From assembly GCA_016202605.1 (NCBI GenBank), contig JACQOJ010000074.1, forward strand, positions 4,499-68,498: a stretch of DNA of 64,000 nt, written 5' to 3'. This document shows positions 9,349-19,477 of the stretch, in pieces. This DNA comes from Betaproteobacteria bacterium. GTDB lineage: Bacteria > Pseudomonadota > Gammaproteobacteria > Burkholderiales > SG8-41. The notes beneath the pieces are model-generated. The model was given only the letters and a program-made list of their open reading frames with translations, made no database searches and was not told the origin of the DNA. The first letter of the stretch is position 1. Each line of letters opens with the position of its first letter. A program made the translations under genes and the position numbers.

Positions 9349-10836
9349 ATGCGCACCAGAATCAATGCGACGTGGATCGTTGGTCATTCGGGCGGCCAGC
9401 ATCAGCTTATCCGTGACGGCGTCCTCGTCTACGAGGGAAATAAAATCGTTCATGTGGGCAAACGCTTCGCGGGCCGGGTCGACAAGACCATTGACGCCAC
9501 CGGCAAGCTGGTCGCTCCCGGCTTCATCGATACCCATGTGCATTCCGGCCACCGCGCCTCACATCGGCTCATTACCGACACGGGTCGCCCGCTGTACTTC
9601 GGCCAGCCCTTTCTCGAGATCAGCGTCCCCAAGGAAGGCAAAGTCGTCAAGGGAGACCCGAGGTATCTGAAACACGGCGACGCGGGTGTCGAAGCGGCGT
9701 TCCATCTCAACGCGTCCTTCACCGTCGCCGAGCTTCTGAGAAACGGCGTCACGACTTTCATCGAATACGGCAGCCAGCTGCGCGTGCAGGATTCGCTGCT
9801 GGCGGAAGTAACGCGTCTTGGCATACGTGCTTATCTCGCGCCCGGCTACGATTGCGGGCGCTGGGTCGGAGACGAAAAAGGGCGGTTGAAGCGCGTTCGC
9901 GACGATGCGATGGGACTGACCGGGCTGGAGACCGCGCTCCAATGGATCGAGATGCACGACGGAGCGGCCGGCGGTCGCGTGCGCGGAATCCTCGTGCCGC
10001 GCGAGGTCGAGACCTCCAGCGTCGAACTCCTGACCCGCACCCGTACGGCCGCCGACGAGCGCAAGCTACCGGTCGCAACGCACGCCGCGTACAGCGTTCT
10101 CGAGTTCCATGACGTCGTACGTGAGCACATGATGACGCCGATAGAACTTCTGGACGATATCGATCTCCTCCGCCCAACCCTCAACATCGGCCACGGCAAC
10201 TTCATCGCCGACAACCTCAACTTGAACTACTCGGCCGCCCGCGACCTCGCGCTCATGGGAAGCGCCAGAGCCACGATCTCGCACTGCCCGATCAACATCG
10301 TGCGGCGCGCCCGCACGCTCGATAACTGGAAAAAATACCAGGAGGCAGGCGTCAATATCTCAATCGGCTCGGACACCTACCCGCGCGACATGATCATGAA
10401 CATGCGCACGGCCTCCTATCTCGGCAAGATCATGAGCCACACATACTTCGCCGCAACCGCAGGCGAAGTGTTTCGCGCCGCGACCCTGGGCGGAGCAACC
10501 TCCGTCGGGCGCGATGATCTCGGCCGCCTTGCCCCCGGTGCGCTTGCCGACATCATCATCATCGACCTGTCAGGCCGGAACTCTCTGCGTTACGGTCCCG
10601 TGCGCGACCCCGTGAAAAGCGTCGTCGAGTGCGGCGTCGGCGACGACGTCGACACCGTGATCATTGACGGCAAGATGTGCATGGAGGGCGGCATTATTCC
10701 CGGCGTCGATTTCTCGAAGTTGCGCGAGCAGGCACAGGCGGCGGGCGAACAAGTGTGGGACACCCTGGCCGAGTGGGACCCGCTGGGAAGAACCGCCGAA
10801 AAAGCGTGCCCTTGGTCTTTCCCGCTCGCCGATTGA
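9349..10836 (+). CDS. Metal-dependent amidohydrolase (AtzA/chlorohydrolase-like)
   Basis: PGFIDTHVH (HxH), GVTT, GSDT, GRLAPGALADIIII. Start at MRTRI after a GGAA purine run. Confidence 0.88.
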   Translation: MRTRINATWIVGHSGGQHQLIRDGVLVYEGNKIVHVGKRFAGRVDKTIDATGKLVAPGFIDTHVHSGHRASHRLITDTGRPLYFGQPFLEISVPKEGKVVKGDPRYLKHGDAGVEAAFHLNASFTVAELLRNGVTTFIEYGSQLRVQDSLLAEVTRLGIRAYLAPGYDCGRWVGDEKGRLKRVRDDAMGLTGLETALQWIEMHDGAAGGRVRGILVPREVETSSVELLTRTRTAADERKLPVATHAAYSVLEFHDVVREHMMTPIELLDDIDLLRPTLNIGHGNFIADNLNLNYSAARDLALMGSARATISHCPINIVRRARTLDNWKKYQEAGVNISIGSDTYPRDMIMNMRTASYLGKIMSHTYFAATAGEVFRAATLGGATSVGRDDLGRLAPGALADIIIIDLSGRNSLRYGPVRDPVKSVVECGVGDDVDTVIIDGKMCMEGGIIPGVDFSKLREQAQAAGEQVWDTLAEWDPLGRTAEKACPWSFPLAD

Positions 10837-10956
10837 AAGGGGTCCTACCAGTTATAAGATGTTCCAGAACGCGACTCAAGTACGGTCAGCGCATCCGGAA
10901 ATTCCTCAAGGAGCCGTACGAAAGCCCGACGCGAACCCGCGGATTTCGTCCCTGAC

Positions 10957-12480
10957 TCACTTCCTGTCCTGTGCGATGATTTCATCCACAGCGGCCTCGA
11001 GCTTGCGGGCGGATTCGGCAAGGCGGGCGTCGATCCCTGAGACGACCTGCTCGTCCGCAGCCGTCGTATCCTCGAAAAGCTGCGCCTGCCGCAATGACTC
11101 CGCTTTCTCTGGACCACCCTGCAGCGCGCGAACGGCGATGAACCTTTCCGGGTCCAGGGCTCGGTTTATTGCCTCTTGATCGAGACCCGCCGGAGCTTCG
11201 TGATAAAGCACCGCCGCTTCGTCCAACAGCCCGGGCGTGACATCAGCCGGTCCGAGCCCGCGCTCTTCGCACAGCCTCACCATGATGCCGACGATCTGAT
11301 GCGCCGTCCGCCAGGGCAGGTCACGCTGAGTGACCAGCGCACCGGCAAGGTCGGTCACCGTCGCCCAGTTCCGCCAGGACTGCTCGCGCATGTGCGGTTT
11401 GTTGACGACGAGCACCGGAAGCAGGTCGCAGAACCATCCGAGATCGCGAACCGCGCTGTCGGCGACTTTCCACAGCATCTCGCATGCACAGTAGCGCTCG
11501 TTGACGGGCATCCCGGTCGTGCCCTTCAGGCCGTGGTAGGCTACAACGTAACCGCCCAGCGCCTCCGCAGACGCCCCCTTGACCTCCGCCGGACCGATCA
11601 CGTTCTTCTTCTGCATCATGATCGACGATGTATTGCAGTAGCGGTCGGGAATGTCGACAAAGTTGTACTCACTCGTGCTCCACTGTATGAGGTCGTCGGC
11701 CCATTTGGCCAGAGAATGGTAGAGAATCGACACCACGGCCGGCACCTCGAGGCTGTCGTCGTTGGTGAGTTCGAGAATGGCATCGGCGCAGTTCTCGTGA
11801 ACGGCATCGAAGCCAAGCAGCTCCGCAGTGCGCTGACGGTTTATCGGGAACTCGGAGCCGACCATGATCGCCGCACCTGCGGGACTGCGATTCACCCGTC
11901 CGTACGCCCCGTGCAACCGCTCGAAGTCGCGGGCGAGGGTTGCCGCCCACGAGAGCCACAAGTGTGCAAGCGTCATGGGCTGCGCCTGCTGCCCGAAGCT
12001 GTAGCCCGGCAGGATGGTATCGGTGTGCTGGCGGGCCAGATCGATCAACACGCGGCGAAGCCTGTTTACCGCGCGCATCAATGCGAGAAGCTTCTGCCGC
12101 TGCGTGATATTCATCCCAACCGAGCTCAGGTCGCCAGAACTCCGCGCCACGTGCATCCGGCCACCGATGTCCTCACCCAGCAGGCGGATCAGATACTGCT
12201 CTCCGGAATGGAGACCGCCGCCGACTCGTGTGCGCGTCTCGACAACATCCCCGGCCTCCATTTTCCGCAGCCCGCGCAAAAGAGCAGCGCCCACCTCGGG
12301 CGTCAGCACGCCCTGCTCTACGAGCATGACAATGTGAGCCTTGTCGAAAGCATGGATCGCCGGTATCAGCACCGGGATTCGGGACCCGTAGAGCTGCGCG
12401 AGCTGCGGCACCATTTCTTCTTTCAAACGAATCCCCGCATTGCGGAAACCGCGGTACTCAGACGACTTCTGCTTCAACAT
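10957..12480 (-). CDS. Argininosuccinate lyase-like C-N lyase (fumarase/aspartase superfamily), non-canonical
   Basis: HVARSSGD, PGYSFGQQAQP, SSIMMQKKN, RTAHQIVG. GGAGG RBS. Confidence 0.85.
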   Translation of the reverse strand: MLKQKSSEYRGFRNAGIRLKEEMVPQLAQLYGSRIPVLIPAIHAFDKAHIVMLVEQGVLTPEVGAALLRGLRKMEAGDVVETRTRVGGGLHSGEQYLIRLLGEDIGGRMHVARSSGDLSSVGMNITQRQKLLALMRAVNRLRRVLIDLARQHTDTILPGYSFGQQAQPMTLAHLWLSWAATLARDFERLHGAYGRVNRSPAGAAIMVGSEFPINRQRTAELLGFDAVHENCADAILELTNDDSLEVPAVVSILYHSLAKWADDLIQWSTSEYNFVDIPDRYCNTSSIMMQKKNVIGPAEVKGASAEALGGYVVAYHGLKGTTGMPVNERYCACEMLWKVADSAVRDLGWFCDLLPVLVVNKPHMREQSWRNWATVTDLAGALVTQRDLPWRTAHQIVGIMVRLCEERGLGPADVTPGLLDEAAVLYHEAPAGLDQEAINRALDPERFIAVRALQGGPEKAESLRQAQLFEDTTAADEQVVSGIDARLAESARKLEAAVDEIIAQDRK

Positions 12481-12501
12481 GGATTGGCCTCCTCCTTGTT
12501 T

Positions 12502-13479
12502 TCAGTCGATTTTCAGTCCGACCGTAGTGACCAGCCTGCGGTAGCGCGCGAGCTCGGATTTGATGTGGGCTGAAAGCTGCGGAGGTGTACCCACGGCGGC
12601 ATCGATGCTCTGTTTCCTGAGCCGACCGATCACATCGGGCTGGTTGAAGCCCGTGACCACTTCCGCGTTGAGACGCTTGATCACGTTCGGCGGGGTATCA
12701 CGCGGCGCCACGATGCAGTTCCATCCACTCACTTGAAAACCTGCGACTCCTCCCTCCGCGAACGTCGGGATTTCCGGAGCCCCTGCGGCGCGTTTCGCGC
12801 TTGCGACGGCGAGCAGCCGCAACTTCTTTGCGGTCGCATGCGGATAGAGCGAGGATATGCTGCCCAGCATCAACCCGATCTGTCCTCCAATGAGATCGAT
12901 GATTGCCGGGCCGTTGCCCTTGTAAGGGACGTGCACGATGTCAATGCCTGCAACCTGTCTGAACATCTCTGCGGCTAGGTGATTGCCGCCGCCCGCGCCT
13001 GCTGACCCATAGCTCAATCGGCCCGGGTTGGACTTCGCGTACGCGACAAGCTGTGAAACGGAATTGACAGGCAGTGACAGGCTTACTGCCAGTACATACG
13101 GCTGGGTCGTAAGCAGCGATATCGGGGCAAAATCCCGCTCCGGATCATAGGGAAGCTTCGTTCGCACTGCAGGATTCACCGCAAAAGTGGTCTCAGACGA
13201 CACAAACAGGGTGTAACCGTCCGCCGGCGAACGTGCCGCGATTTCGGCGCCGATCGCCGTCGCGGCGCCTCCCCGATTGTCCACCACGACATTCTGCGAC
13301 AGGCGCTTTGCCAGCACATCGCTCGTCAGGCGCCCCATGATGTCCGTAGGGCCGCCGGGCGGGTAGGGCACAATGAGTCGTATCGGCTTGTTCGGATACT
13401 CCTGCTGAGCCAGAGATGCAGCCGACGGCAGCAGAAAGGCCACAACGAACGCCATGCGTAAGATAACAGTTATTTTCAT
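12502..13479 (-). CDS. Bug/TctC substrate-binding protein
   Basis: Signal peptide, YPNKPIRLIVPYPPGGPTD, HVPYKG. Start MKITV with GAGG RBS. Confidence 0.93.
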   Translation of the reverse strand: MKITVILRMAFVVAFLLPSAASLAQQEYPNKPIRLIVPYPPGGPTDIMGRLTSDVLAKRLSQNVVVDNRGGAATAIGAEIAARSPADGYTLFVSSETTFAVNPAVRTKLPYDPERDFAPISLLTTQPYVLAVSLSLPVNSVSQLVAYAKSNPGRLSYGSAGAGGGNHLAAEMFRQVAGIDIVHVPYKGNGPAIIDLIGGQIGLMLGSISSLYPHATAKKLRLLAVASAKRAAGAPEIPTFAEGGVAGFQVSGWNCIVAPRDTPPNVIKRLNAEVVTGFNQPDVIGRLRKQSIDAAVGTPPQLSAHIKSELARYRRLVTTVGLKID

Positions 13480-13549
13480 GTTGCCCTCACTGATGAAAAA
13501 GCAATGAACTGTGGATTCCTCCCCGGAGCGTTCCGGCATTCGGGGAAAG

Positions 13550-14713
13550 TTACGGCCCCTCATCCCGGTACGTGCGAAACGCGCGCTTGTCGAACTGCTT
13601 GTACGGATACCTTGCAAGCGCCGCCTCATCGATATCCACGCCCAGCCCCGGCGCCTCGGGCAGCGAAATATAACCGCCTTCGACTTCAAGCTGGCTGGCG
13701 ATCCGGCGGCCCTGATCGAGGAAAGCGATGAAGCACTCCGCGATGAGGAAGTTCGTCATCGTGGCCGCAACGTGCACGGTCGCAGCCTGTGCCAGCACTG
13801 TCGAATTGAAATTGTGCGGCGAGATCGCCACGTAGTGTGGCTCCGCCATCGCCGCTATCTCCTTCATCTCGAGAATGCCGCCGACGATACAGACATCAGG
13901 ATTGAGAATATCGGTCGCGCGCTTCCCGAGAACCGGAACAAACTGCCCCTTTCCGTACAACGTCTCTCCGGTGACGATCGGTATCTTCGTCTTGCTCCGG
14001 ATCTCCGCAAGCGCATCGACATTGTCGATCGGGCAGGGCTCCTCGAACCAGTATGGCTTGAATTCTCCTATTCGTTCTGCCAACTCCACGGCCTGCATCG
14101 GTGACAGCCGGCGGCATACGTCCACCATCACGTCCGTCCCGGGTCCCACCGCATCGCGAACTGCGCGCACGATCTCCACTCCCCGCGCTATTTCTTCCTT
14201 CGGTGGATACAGGCGATTCGCCGGAAGCTGCGATCCCTTCTGGAAGGGATAGCACTTCAGCGCCGTGTAGCCCTGCTTCACCGTCCGCTCGGCGGCGCGG
14301 GCGTGTTCGGCCGGCGTCCTGGTGCCGTAGAACCAGCCATTGGCGTATACGCGTATCTTCGGGCGACAGGCGCCACCCAGCAAGTTGTACACCGGCTGTT
14401 TCAAGACTTTCCCGACAATGTCCCACATCGCCATCTCGATGCCGCTCAATGCGCTGTAGAATTCCAGAGATCCATGGCGCCAGGCAAAGTCGTCGCAAGC
14501 AACCTGTACAAAATGCTTGATGTTGAACGGGCTATAACCGACGACATACCGGCTCATCTGCTCCAGATGGCCGACGACCGCCGTGTCCATGTCGAGCGAT
14601 GTGTGAGCCTCTCCCCACCCTGCTATGCCCTCATCTGTTTCAAGTTTCACGAATATGAAATTCTTGCGTTGCTTCTCGTGAACCAGGTAAGTCTTGACAC
14701 TGGTAATCCGCAT
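13550..14713 (-). CDS. Mandelate racemase/galactonate dehydratase-like enolase-superfamily protein
   Basis: GIAGWGE, MAMWDIVGK, YANGW, WFEEP, TGE, PGLGVDIDE. Confidence 0.92.
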   Translation of the reverse strand: MRITSVKTYLVHEKQRKNFIFVKLETDEGIAGWGEAHTSLDMDTAVVGHLEQMSRYVVGYSPFNIKHFVQVACDDFAWRHGSLEFYSALSGIEMAMWDIVGKVLKQPVYNLLGGACRPKIRVYANGWFYGTRTPAEHARAAERTVKQGYTALKCYPFQKGSQLPANRLYPPKEEIARGVEIVRAVRDAVGPGTDVMVDVCRRLSPMQAVELAERIGEFKPYWFEEPCPIDNVDALAEIRSKTKIPIVTGETLYGKGQFVPVLGKRATDILNPDVCIVGGILEMKEIAAMAEPHYVAISPHNFNSTVLAQAATVHVAATMTNFLIAECFIAFLDQGRRIASQLEVEGGYISLPEAPGLGVDIDEAALARYPYKQFDKRAFRTYRDEGP

Positions 14714-15015
14714 ACGCTCCCTTTATGCGCGCGCGCGCTCAACCGCCCTTGAGGATGTGCTCACATTTGGTTCGACTCGCACGCCGCGCGCCCCAAAAAG
14801 CGTGACGCGGCGTAATTACCAGGCTAGTGGGTTCGGGGCGCGGTGTGCCGGTGCCGAGCGTAACGAGGCGGATCGGTTTATTCATGACGGTTTAGTCGCC
14901 ATGGCCAGGCTCGCAATCGCAATGCAAACGCCGGGAACCCGCCATCATCCACGGCTGTGCCATGTTGCAGCCTTTTCACTGACTGTGGAATACCGGTATC
15001 ATGTCCTTTCCAATG

Positions 15016-15044
15016 ATTCTATTTATGGTATGTTAGAATGTCAA
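15016..15044 (-). promoter_or_regulatory. Near-consensus sigma70 promoter pointing toward the enolase-Bug-lyase operon
   Basis: Minus strand TTGACA (15044-15039), 17-nt spacer, TAGAAT (15021-15016). Confidence 0.65.
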
Positions 15045-15120
15045 ATTGACGCAATGCCCTCTTTTCTTTTGTGCAGCGGCTGCATCAAGTGACAACAAAA
15101 CGTGGAATCGATGGATACCT

Positions 15121-16620
15121 ATGAGTCGGATTGACCTTGCTCCAGAGATCGCCGATGAAAAAGTGCGCGAACGTGCGGTACGCCGCTTGCGTGAACTGCG
15201 GGTTCCCCTGCCCACCCTGTCCGAACTCGCCGAGCCCGACCTCATCCCCGGCCCGCAGCAGGTGACGCTTTCGGGCATTGGCCCGGACGAGCCGCTGGCC
15301 GCGAACCTATGGCGCGTCCATTGGTTCAATGACGAGACGCGGACACGACGGGTGCCCGTCCCGGGATACCTGTTGCTCCCCGAGGCCCTGACGGGCGTAA
15401 AGGCCAGGATCGTGGTGGCGCTCGGGGACCGCTTTCCGATGATTGGCGCGCACAAAGTTCTTGCCGCCTATGGTTGTCTGGTCCCGCGTCTCGTCACCGG
15501 CCGCTTCGACCCGACGTCCGACAAGGCGATCTGGCCGTCGACCGGAAATTACTGCCGCGGCGGAGTGGCGATCTCGCGCACGTTGGGCTGCCGCGGCGTT
15601 GCTGTACTGCCGGCCGGCATGAGCAAGGAGCGATTCGCCTGGCTCGAGGGCTGGGTGAGCGACCCGGCAGACATCATCCGGACCCCTGGCACCGAGAGCA
15701 ACGTCAAGGAAATCTACGACAAGTGCGCAGAACTCTCCCGCGACCCGCAGAACGTGATCTTCAATCAGTTCTCCGAGTTCGGCAATTACCTCGTGCATTA
15801 TCACTGCACGGGGCGGGCGCTGGATCGCATATTCGACGACGTGCGCCGCAAACAGGACGGCCTCCATCTCTCCGCCTTCGTCGCGGCCACTGGCTCGGCA
15901 GGCACCATCGCGGCAGGCGACTATCTGAAGTCCCTTCACGGCAGCAAGATCGCGGCCGTCGAGGCAGTCGAGTGTCCGACAATGCTCTACAACGGCTACG
16001 GCGAGCATAACATTCAGGGTATCGGCGACAAGCATATTCCGCTCATTCACAACGTGATGAACACGGATATCGTTGTTGGGGTGTCGGATCGCAGTTCGGA
16101 CGCGCTCAACCTCCTGTTCAACGACAAGACCGGCCTTGGCTATCTCGTCAAGCGGCGCAAGATCGATCCCCTGCTGGCGAAGCAACTCGAGAATATCGGG
16201 CTCTCCGGCATCGCCAACATCGTTGCCGCCATCAAGCTGGCCAAACACCTCGAACTCGGCGCCTCGGATGCCATCGTGACTGTCGCGACCGACAGCGCTT
16301 CGCTCTATGATAGCGAACGCGCCGCCCATCTCGGGCGTCATTATTCCGGCGGCTTCGACGAAGTACATGCCGGCGAGATTTTCGGCCAGCACATCCAGGG
16401 CATATCGGACGATCATCTGATCGAGCTCACGCACGTTGACCGACGCCGCGTGTTCAACCTGGGCTACTACACGTGGGTCGAGCAGCAGGGCGTCTCGGTA
16501 GTTGATTTCGACCGCCGGAAGGAAACCGGTTTTTGGTCCGAGCTCCAGGCCTCTGTCCCCGCGTGGGACAAACTCATCAAGGATTTCAATGAGGACACGG
16601 GAGCGATGCACGCGGGGTGA
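15121..16620 (+). CDS. PLP-dependent fold type II enzyme (cysteine synthase/lyase/thiolase-like)
   Basis: GAHKV (PLP lysine), PSTGNY, ATGSAGT, HNIQGIG. Confidence 0.85.
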   Translation: MSRIDLAPEIADEKVRERAVRRLRELRVPLPTLSELAEPDLIPGPQQVTLSGIGPDEPLAANLWRVHWFNDETRTRRVPVPGYLLLPEALTGVKARIVVALGDRFPMIGAHKVLAAYGCLVPRLVTGRFDPTSDKAIWPSTGNYCRGGVAISRTLGCRGVAVLPAGMSKERFAWLEGWVSDPADIIRTPGTESNVKEIYDKCAELSRDPQNVIFNQFSEFGNYLVHYHCTGRALDRIFDDVRRKQDGLHLSAFVAATGSAGTIAAGDYLKSLHGSKIAAVEAVECPTMLYNGYGEHNIQGIGDKHIPLIHNVMNTDIVVGVSDRSSDALNLLFNDKTGLGYLVKRRKIDPLLAKQLENIGLSGIANIVAAIKLAKHLELGASDAIVTVATDSASLYDSERAAHLGRHYSGGFDEVHAGEIFGQHIQGISDDHLIELTHVDRRRVFNLGYYTWVEQQGVSVVDFDRRKETGFWSELQASVPAWDKLIKDFNEDTGAMHAG

Positions 16621-16662
16621 CTCGCAATGGTCACTGGCCCGCGATAACGCAATGGTTCGCAC

Positions 16663-17619
16663 ATGATGAGCCCGTCTTATCTCGATCTGCGGCGCAGACT
16701 CACGGAACGCGACCGGAGTCTTCGCGAAAAGGTCATGTCCCTGACGGAGGCCGCTTCGCTCGTCAAGGACGGCGATACAGTCGGCATAGGCGGCAGCACG
16801 CTGTCGCGCACCCCGATGGCGATGATTTGGGCCCTGATTCGCGCGCGCAGGAAAACCCTCACCTGTGCGCGCGGCATCACTTCGAGCGAAGGCGACTGGC
16901 TCCTGGGCTCCGGCGCCTGCGATCGCGTGGTGACAAGCTGGTTCAGTCAGGGCATCGTGTGGGGCATCTCCAAGGTGATGCGTTATTACGTCGAGAGCGG
17001 CGCCGTCCGATTCGACGAGTGGAGTCACATGGCGATGGGGATGCGATTCAAAGCCGGCGCAATGGGTGTGCCCTTTCTGCCGATGCGCTCCATGCTGGGC
17101 TCGGACGTCATGCGGCAACGCCCGGAAGCGCGCGAGATGGATTGTCCCTTCAGCGGAGACAGGCTTCTGCTTGTGCCGGCACTCAATCCGGACGTCGCGC
17201 TTATCCACGTGCAGCGCTGCGACGCTTATGGCAACGCCCAGATCGATGGCTTACAGTTCCTGGACATCGACCTCGCGATGGCGGCAAACCGGGTCATACT
17301 GACAACCGAACGCATCATTTCGAACGACCAGATCCGGCGGGCTCCGGACCAGACGAAGATCCCGTTCTTCGCGGTGGAAGCCGTAGTGGAAGTTCCATTT
17401 GGATGTGCTCCGCACGAATGCAGCGGTGCTTACGAGCCGGTTTACGAACATATGGATTACTACACCGCGCTGGTCAACAACAATCCGGTCGACGGAATGC
17501 AGGAATACCTGGATCGTTATGTCTACGGGCCGGCGTCGTGGGTCGACTATCTGAACCTGCTGGGTCTTAATGCCCTGCTCGACGCCGCACGCCGCGGGCG
17601 GAGCGTCTCCAATGCCTAG
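16663..17619 (+). CDS. Family I CoA-transferase subunit A (glutaconate/3-oxoadipate-type)
   Basis: VKDGDTVGIGG, AGAMGVPFLP, PDVALIHVQRCDAYGN. Confidence 0.9.
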   Translation: MMSPSYLDLRRRLTERDRSLREKVMSLTEAASLVKDGDTVGIGGSTLSRTPMAMIWALIRARRKTLTCARGITSSEGDWLLGSGACDRVVTSWFSQGIVWGISKVMRYYVESGAVRFDEWSHMAMGMRFKAGAMGVPFLPMRSMLGSDVMRQRPEAREMDCPFSGDRLLLVPALNPDVALIHVQRCDAYGNAQIDGLQFLDIDLAMAANRVILTTERIISNDQIRRAPDQTKIPFFAVEAVVEVPFGCAPHECSGAYEPVYEHMDYYTALVNNNPVDGMQEYLDRYVYGPASWVDYLNLLGLNALLDAARRGRSVSNA

Positions 17620-18382
17620 CACGGGAGACTACACCGCGAGCGAGTTGCTCGCAGTGATGAGCTCGAGGCTGCTCGAGGACGGACAGATCGTGTTCGCCGG
17701 CGTCGGCATCCCGCTGCTCGCGGCCACACTTGCGCAGGGATTGCACTGCCCGAGCCTCACGATCCTGTTCGAAGGGGGTGTAATCGGGCCCGTCATAGAA
17801 CCCGGAAAACTGCCACCTTCGACCAACGAACAACGCTGCACCATACACGCCAACATGGTGCTCGGCAGCACGGATGTGCTGCTTCTCCTGCAGCGCGGCT
17901 ACGTCGATGTCGGCTTCATGGGCGGCGCCCAGATCGATCAGCACGGTAACCTGAACTCATCCTTCATCGGGGATCCCGCGCGACCAAAGACGCGCCTCCC
18001 GGGCACCGGCGGCGGCAATGATATCGCGAGCCTCGCTCAGATGATCGTGGCAATGAAGCACGAGAAACGGCGCTTCGTCGAAAACGTCGATTTCGTGACG
18101 AGCCCGGGATTCCTGCGCGGCGGTAATTCACGCCGGGACAGCGGGTTACCCGCCGGCGGGATGTACAGAGTCGTCACGGACCTTGGCATATTCGGCTTCG
18201 ACGACGAAACGAAGCGCATGAAAATCCTTGCGCTTCACGCCGGCATCACGGTGGCGCAGGTGCAGGAAAACACGGGATTCCAGCTCGCCGCCGCACCTGA
18301 TATGGGGGTGACCGAGGCGCCAACCGACCGCGAGCTCGAGTTTCTTCGCAGGCTGGACCCCGATCGGCTCTATACCGCCTAG
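17612..18382 (+). CDS. Family I CoA-transferase subunit B
   Basis: FAGVGIP, FEGG (catalytic Glu), GGAQIDQHGNLNS, LPGTGGGND. Overlaps the stop of subunit A. Confidence 0.9.
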   Translation: MPSTGDYTASELLAVMSSRLLEDGQIVFAGVGIPLLAATLAQGLHCPSLTILFEGGVIGPVIEPGKLPPSTNEQRCTIHANMVLGSTDVLLLLQRGYVDVGFMGGAQIDQHGNLNSSFIGDPARPKTRLPGTGGGNDIASLAQMIVAMKHEKRRFVENVDFVTSPGFLRGGNSRRDSGLPAGGMYRVVTDLGIFGFDDETKRMKILALHAGITVAQVQENTGFQLAAAPDMGVTEAPTDRELEFLRRLDPDRLYTA

Positions 18383-18437
18383 AGAACGACATTTGGCGAG
18401 CACCATGATCAGACGGTGGTAATCCAGGAGGATCTGC

Positions 18438-19400
18438 ATGTCCGGTTTGCACAACACATTCGGTATCGCCGTTCGAAACTTTACCGCCTACCCGGAGATG
18501 CCGGATGCAAAGGCGCTGGTCGATTACGGCATCAAGATGGAAGAGATGGGCTTCGACTCCCTGTGGGTCTGGGACCACATCCTGCTCGGCGTCGAGCCGA
18601 ATTTTCCGATCATCGACTCGCTCACGCTGCTGACCGCGATCGCCGCACGCACCAGGCGGATCAAGCTCTCGACCGGGATTCTGGTGCTTCCCTTGCGCAA
18701 TCCGGTGGTGCTCGCAAAGCAGCTCGCGAGCATGGATCAGCTCTCGGGTGGTCGCCTGCTTCTGGCTATGGCCGCAGGCTGGTACAAGCGCGAGTTCGAC
18801 GCCGTGGGGGTGCCGTTTGAGCGACGCGGCAAGATCATGGACGAGAACCTCGATATCCTGAAGCGCTTCTGGACCGAGGACATGGTCAAAGGAGAGTGGA
18901 CCCACCACAAGATCCCTGCCGGGGTCATGTATCCCAAGCCGCTGCAGCGTCCGCGCCCGCCGATTCTGATCGGCGGCTACGTCGATCGTGTGCTCAAGCG
19001 CGCGGCGACGGCAGGCGACGGCTGGCTTACCTATTTTTACCGGCCCGAAAGTTTTGCCAAGTCATGGGCGAAGGTTCTAGCCTTCGCGAAGGAAGCCGGC
19101 AAGGATCCCGATACCCTGATGAATGGCGCGCAATTGCCCATCATGGTCGGCGAGTCACGCGCCGACGTTGAAAGCAGAATGATGGAATGGCTCGGCAAGG
19201 AGTGGGACTATGCGTCCTGGAGCGATTCGACGAAGGACAGTGCCATTATCGGCACGGTCGACGAGTGCGTGGCACAACTCAGGGAACATCTTGCCGTCGG
19301 CGTTCAAAAGATCATTTTCGTGCCCTACAAGTACGAGATGAACCAGATCGAGATCATCGCCAACCAGATCATCCCAAGACTCAGAGCGTCCCACCAATAG
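18438..19400 (+). CDS. LLM-class flavin-dependent oxidoreductase
   Basis: GFDSLWVWDH, LRNPVVLAKQLASMDQLSGGRL, PPILIGG. AGGAGG RBS. Confidence 0.92.
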   Translation: MSGLHNTFGIAVRNFTAYPEMPDAKALVDYGIKMEEMGFDSLWVWDHILLGVEPNFPIIDSLTLLTAIAARTRRIKLSTGILVLPLRNPVVLAKQLASMDQLSGGRLLLAMAAGWYKREFDAVGVPFERRGKIMDENLDILKRFWTEDMVKGEWTHHKIPAGVMYPKPLQRPRPPILIGGYVDRVLKRAATAGDGWLTYFYRPESFAKSWAKVLAFAKEAGKDPDTLMNGAQLPIMVGESRADVESRMMEWLGKEWDYASWSDSTKDSAIIGTVDECVAQLREHLAVGVQKIIFVPYKYEMNQIEIIANQIIPRLRASHQ

Positions 19401-19477
19401 CATCCTACATATCGCAAGGCGGCCGAACTCGTCAATTGTTCTCATAAGCATATTGAACGCAAGGCAGTCACAACACA

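Noticed and set aside
10957-12480. Assigning argH here, or ubiD to the two decarboxylases
   Set aside because: Motif deviations and catabolic context argue against the housekeeping functions, so symbols were withheld.
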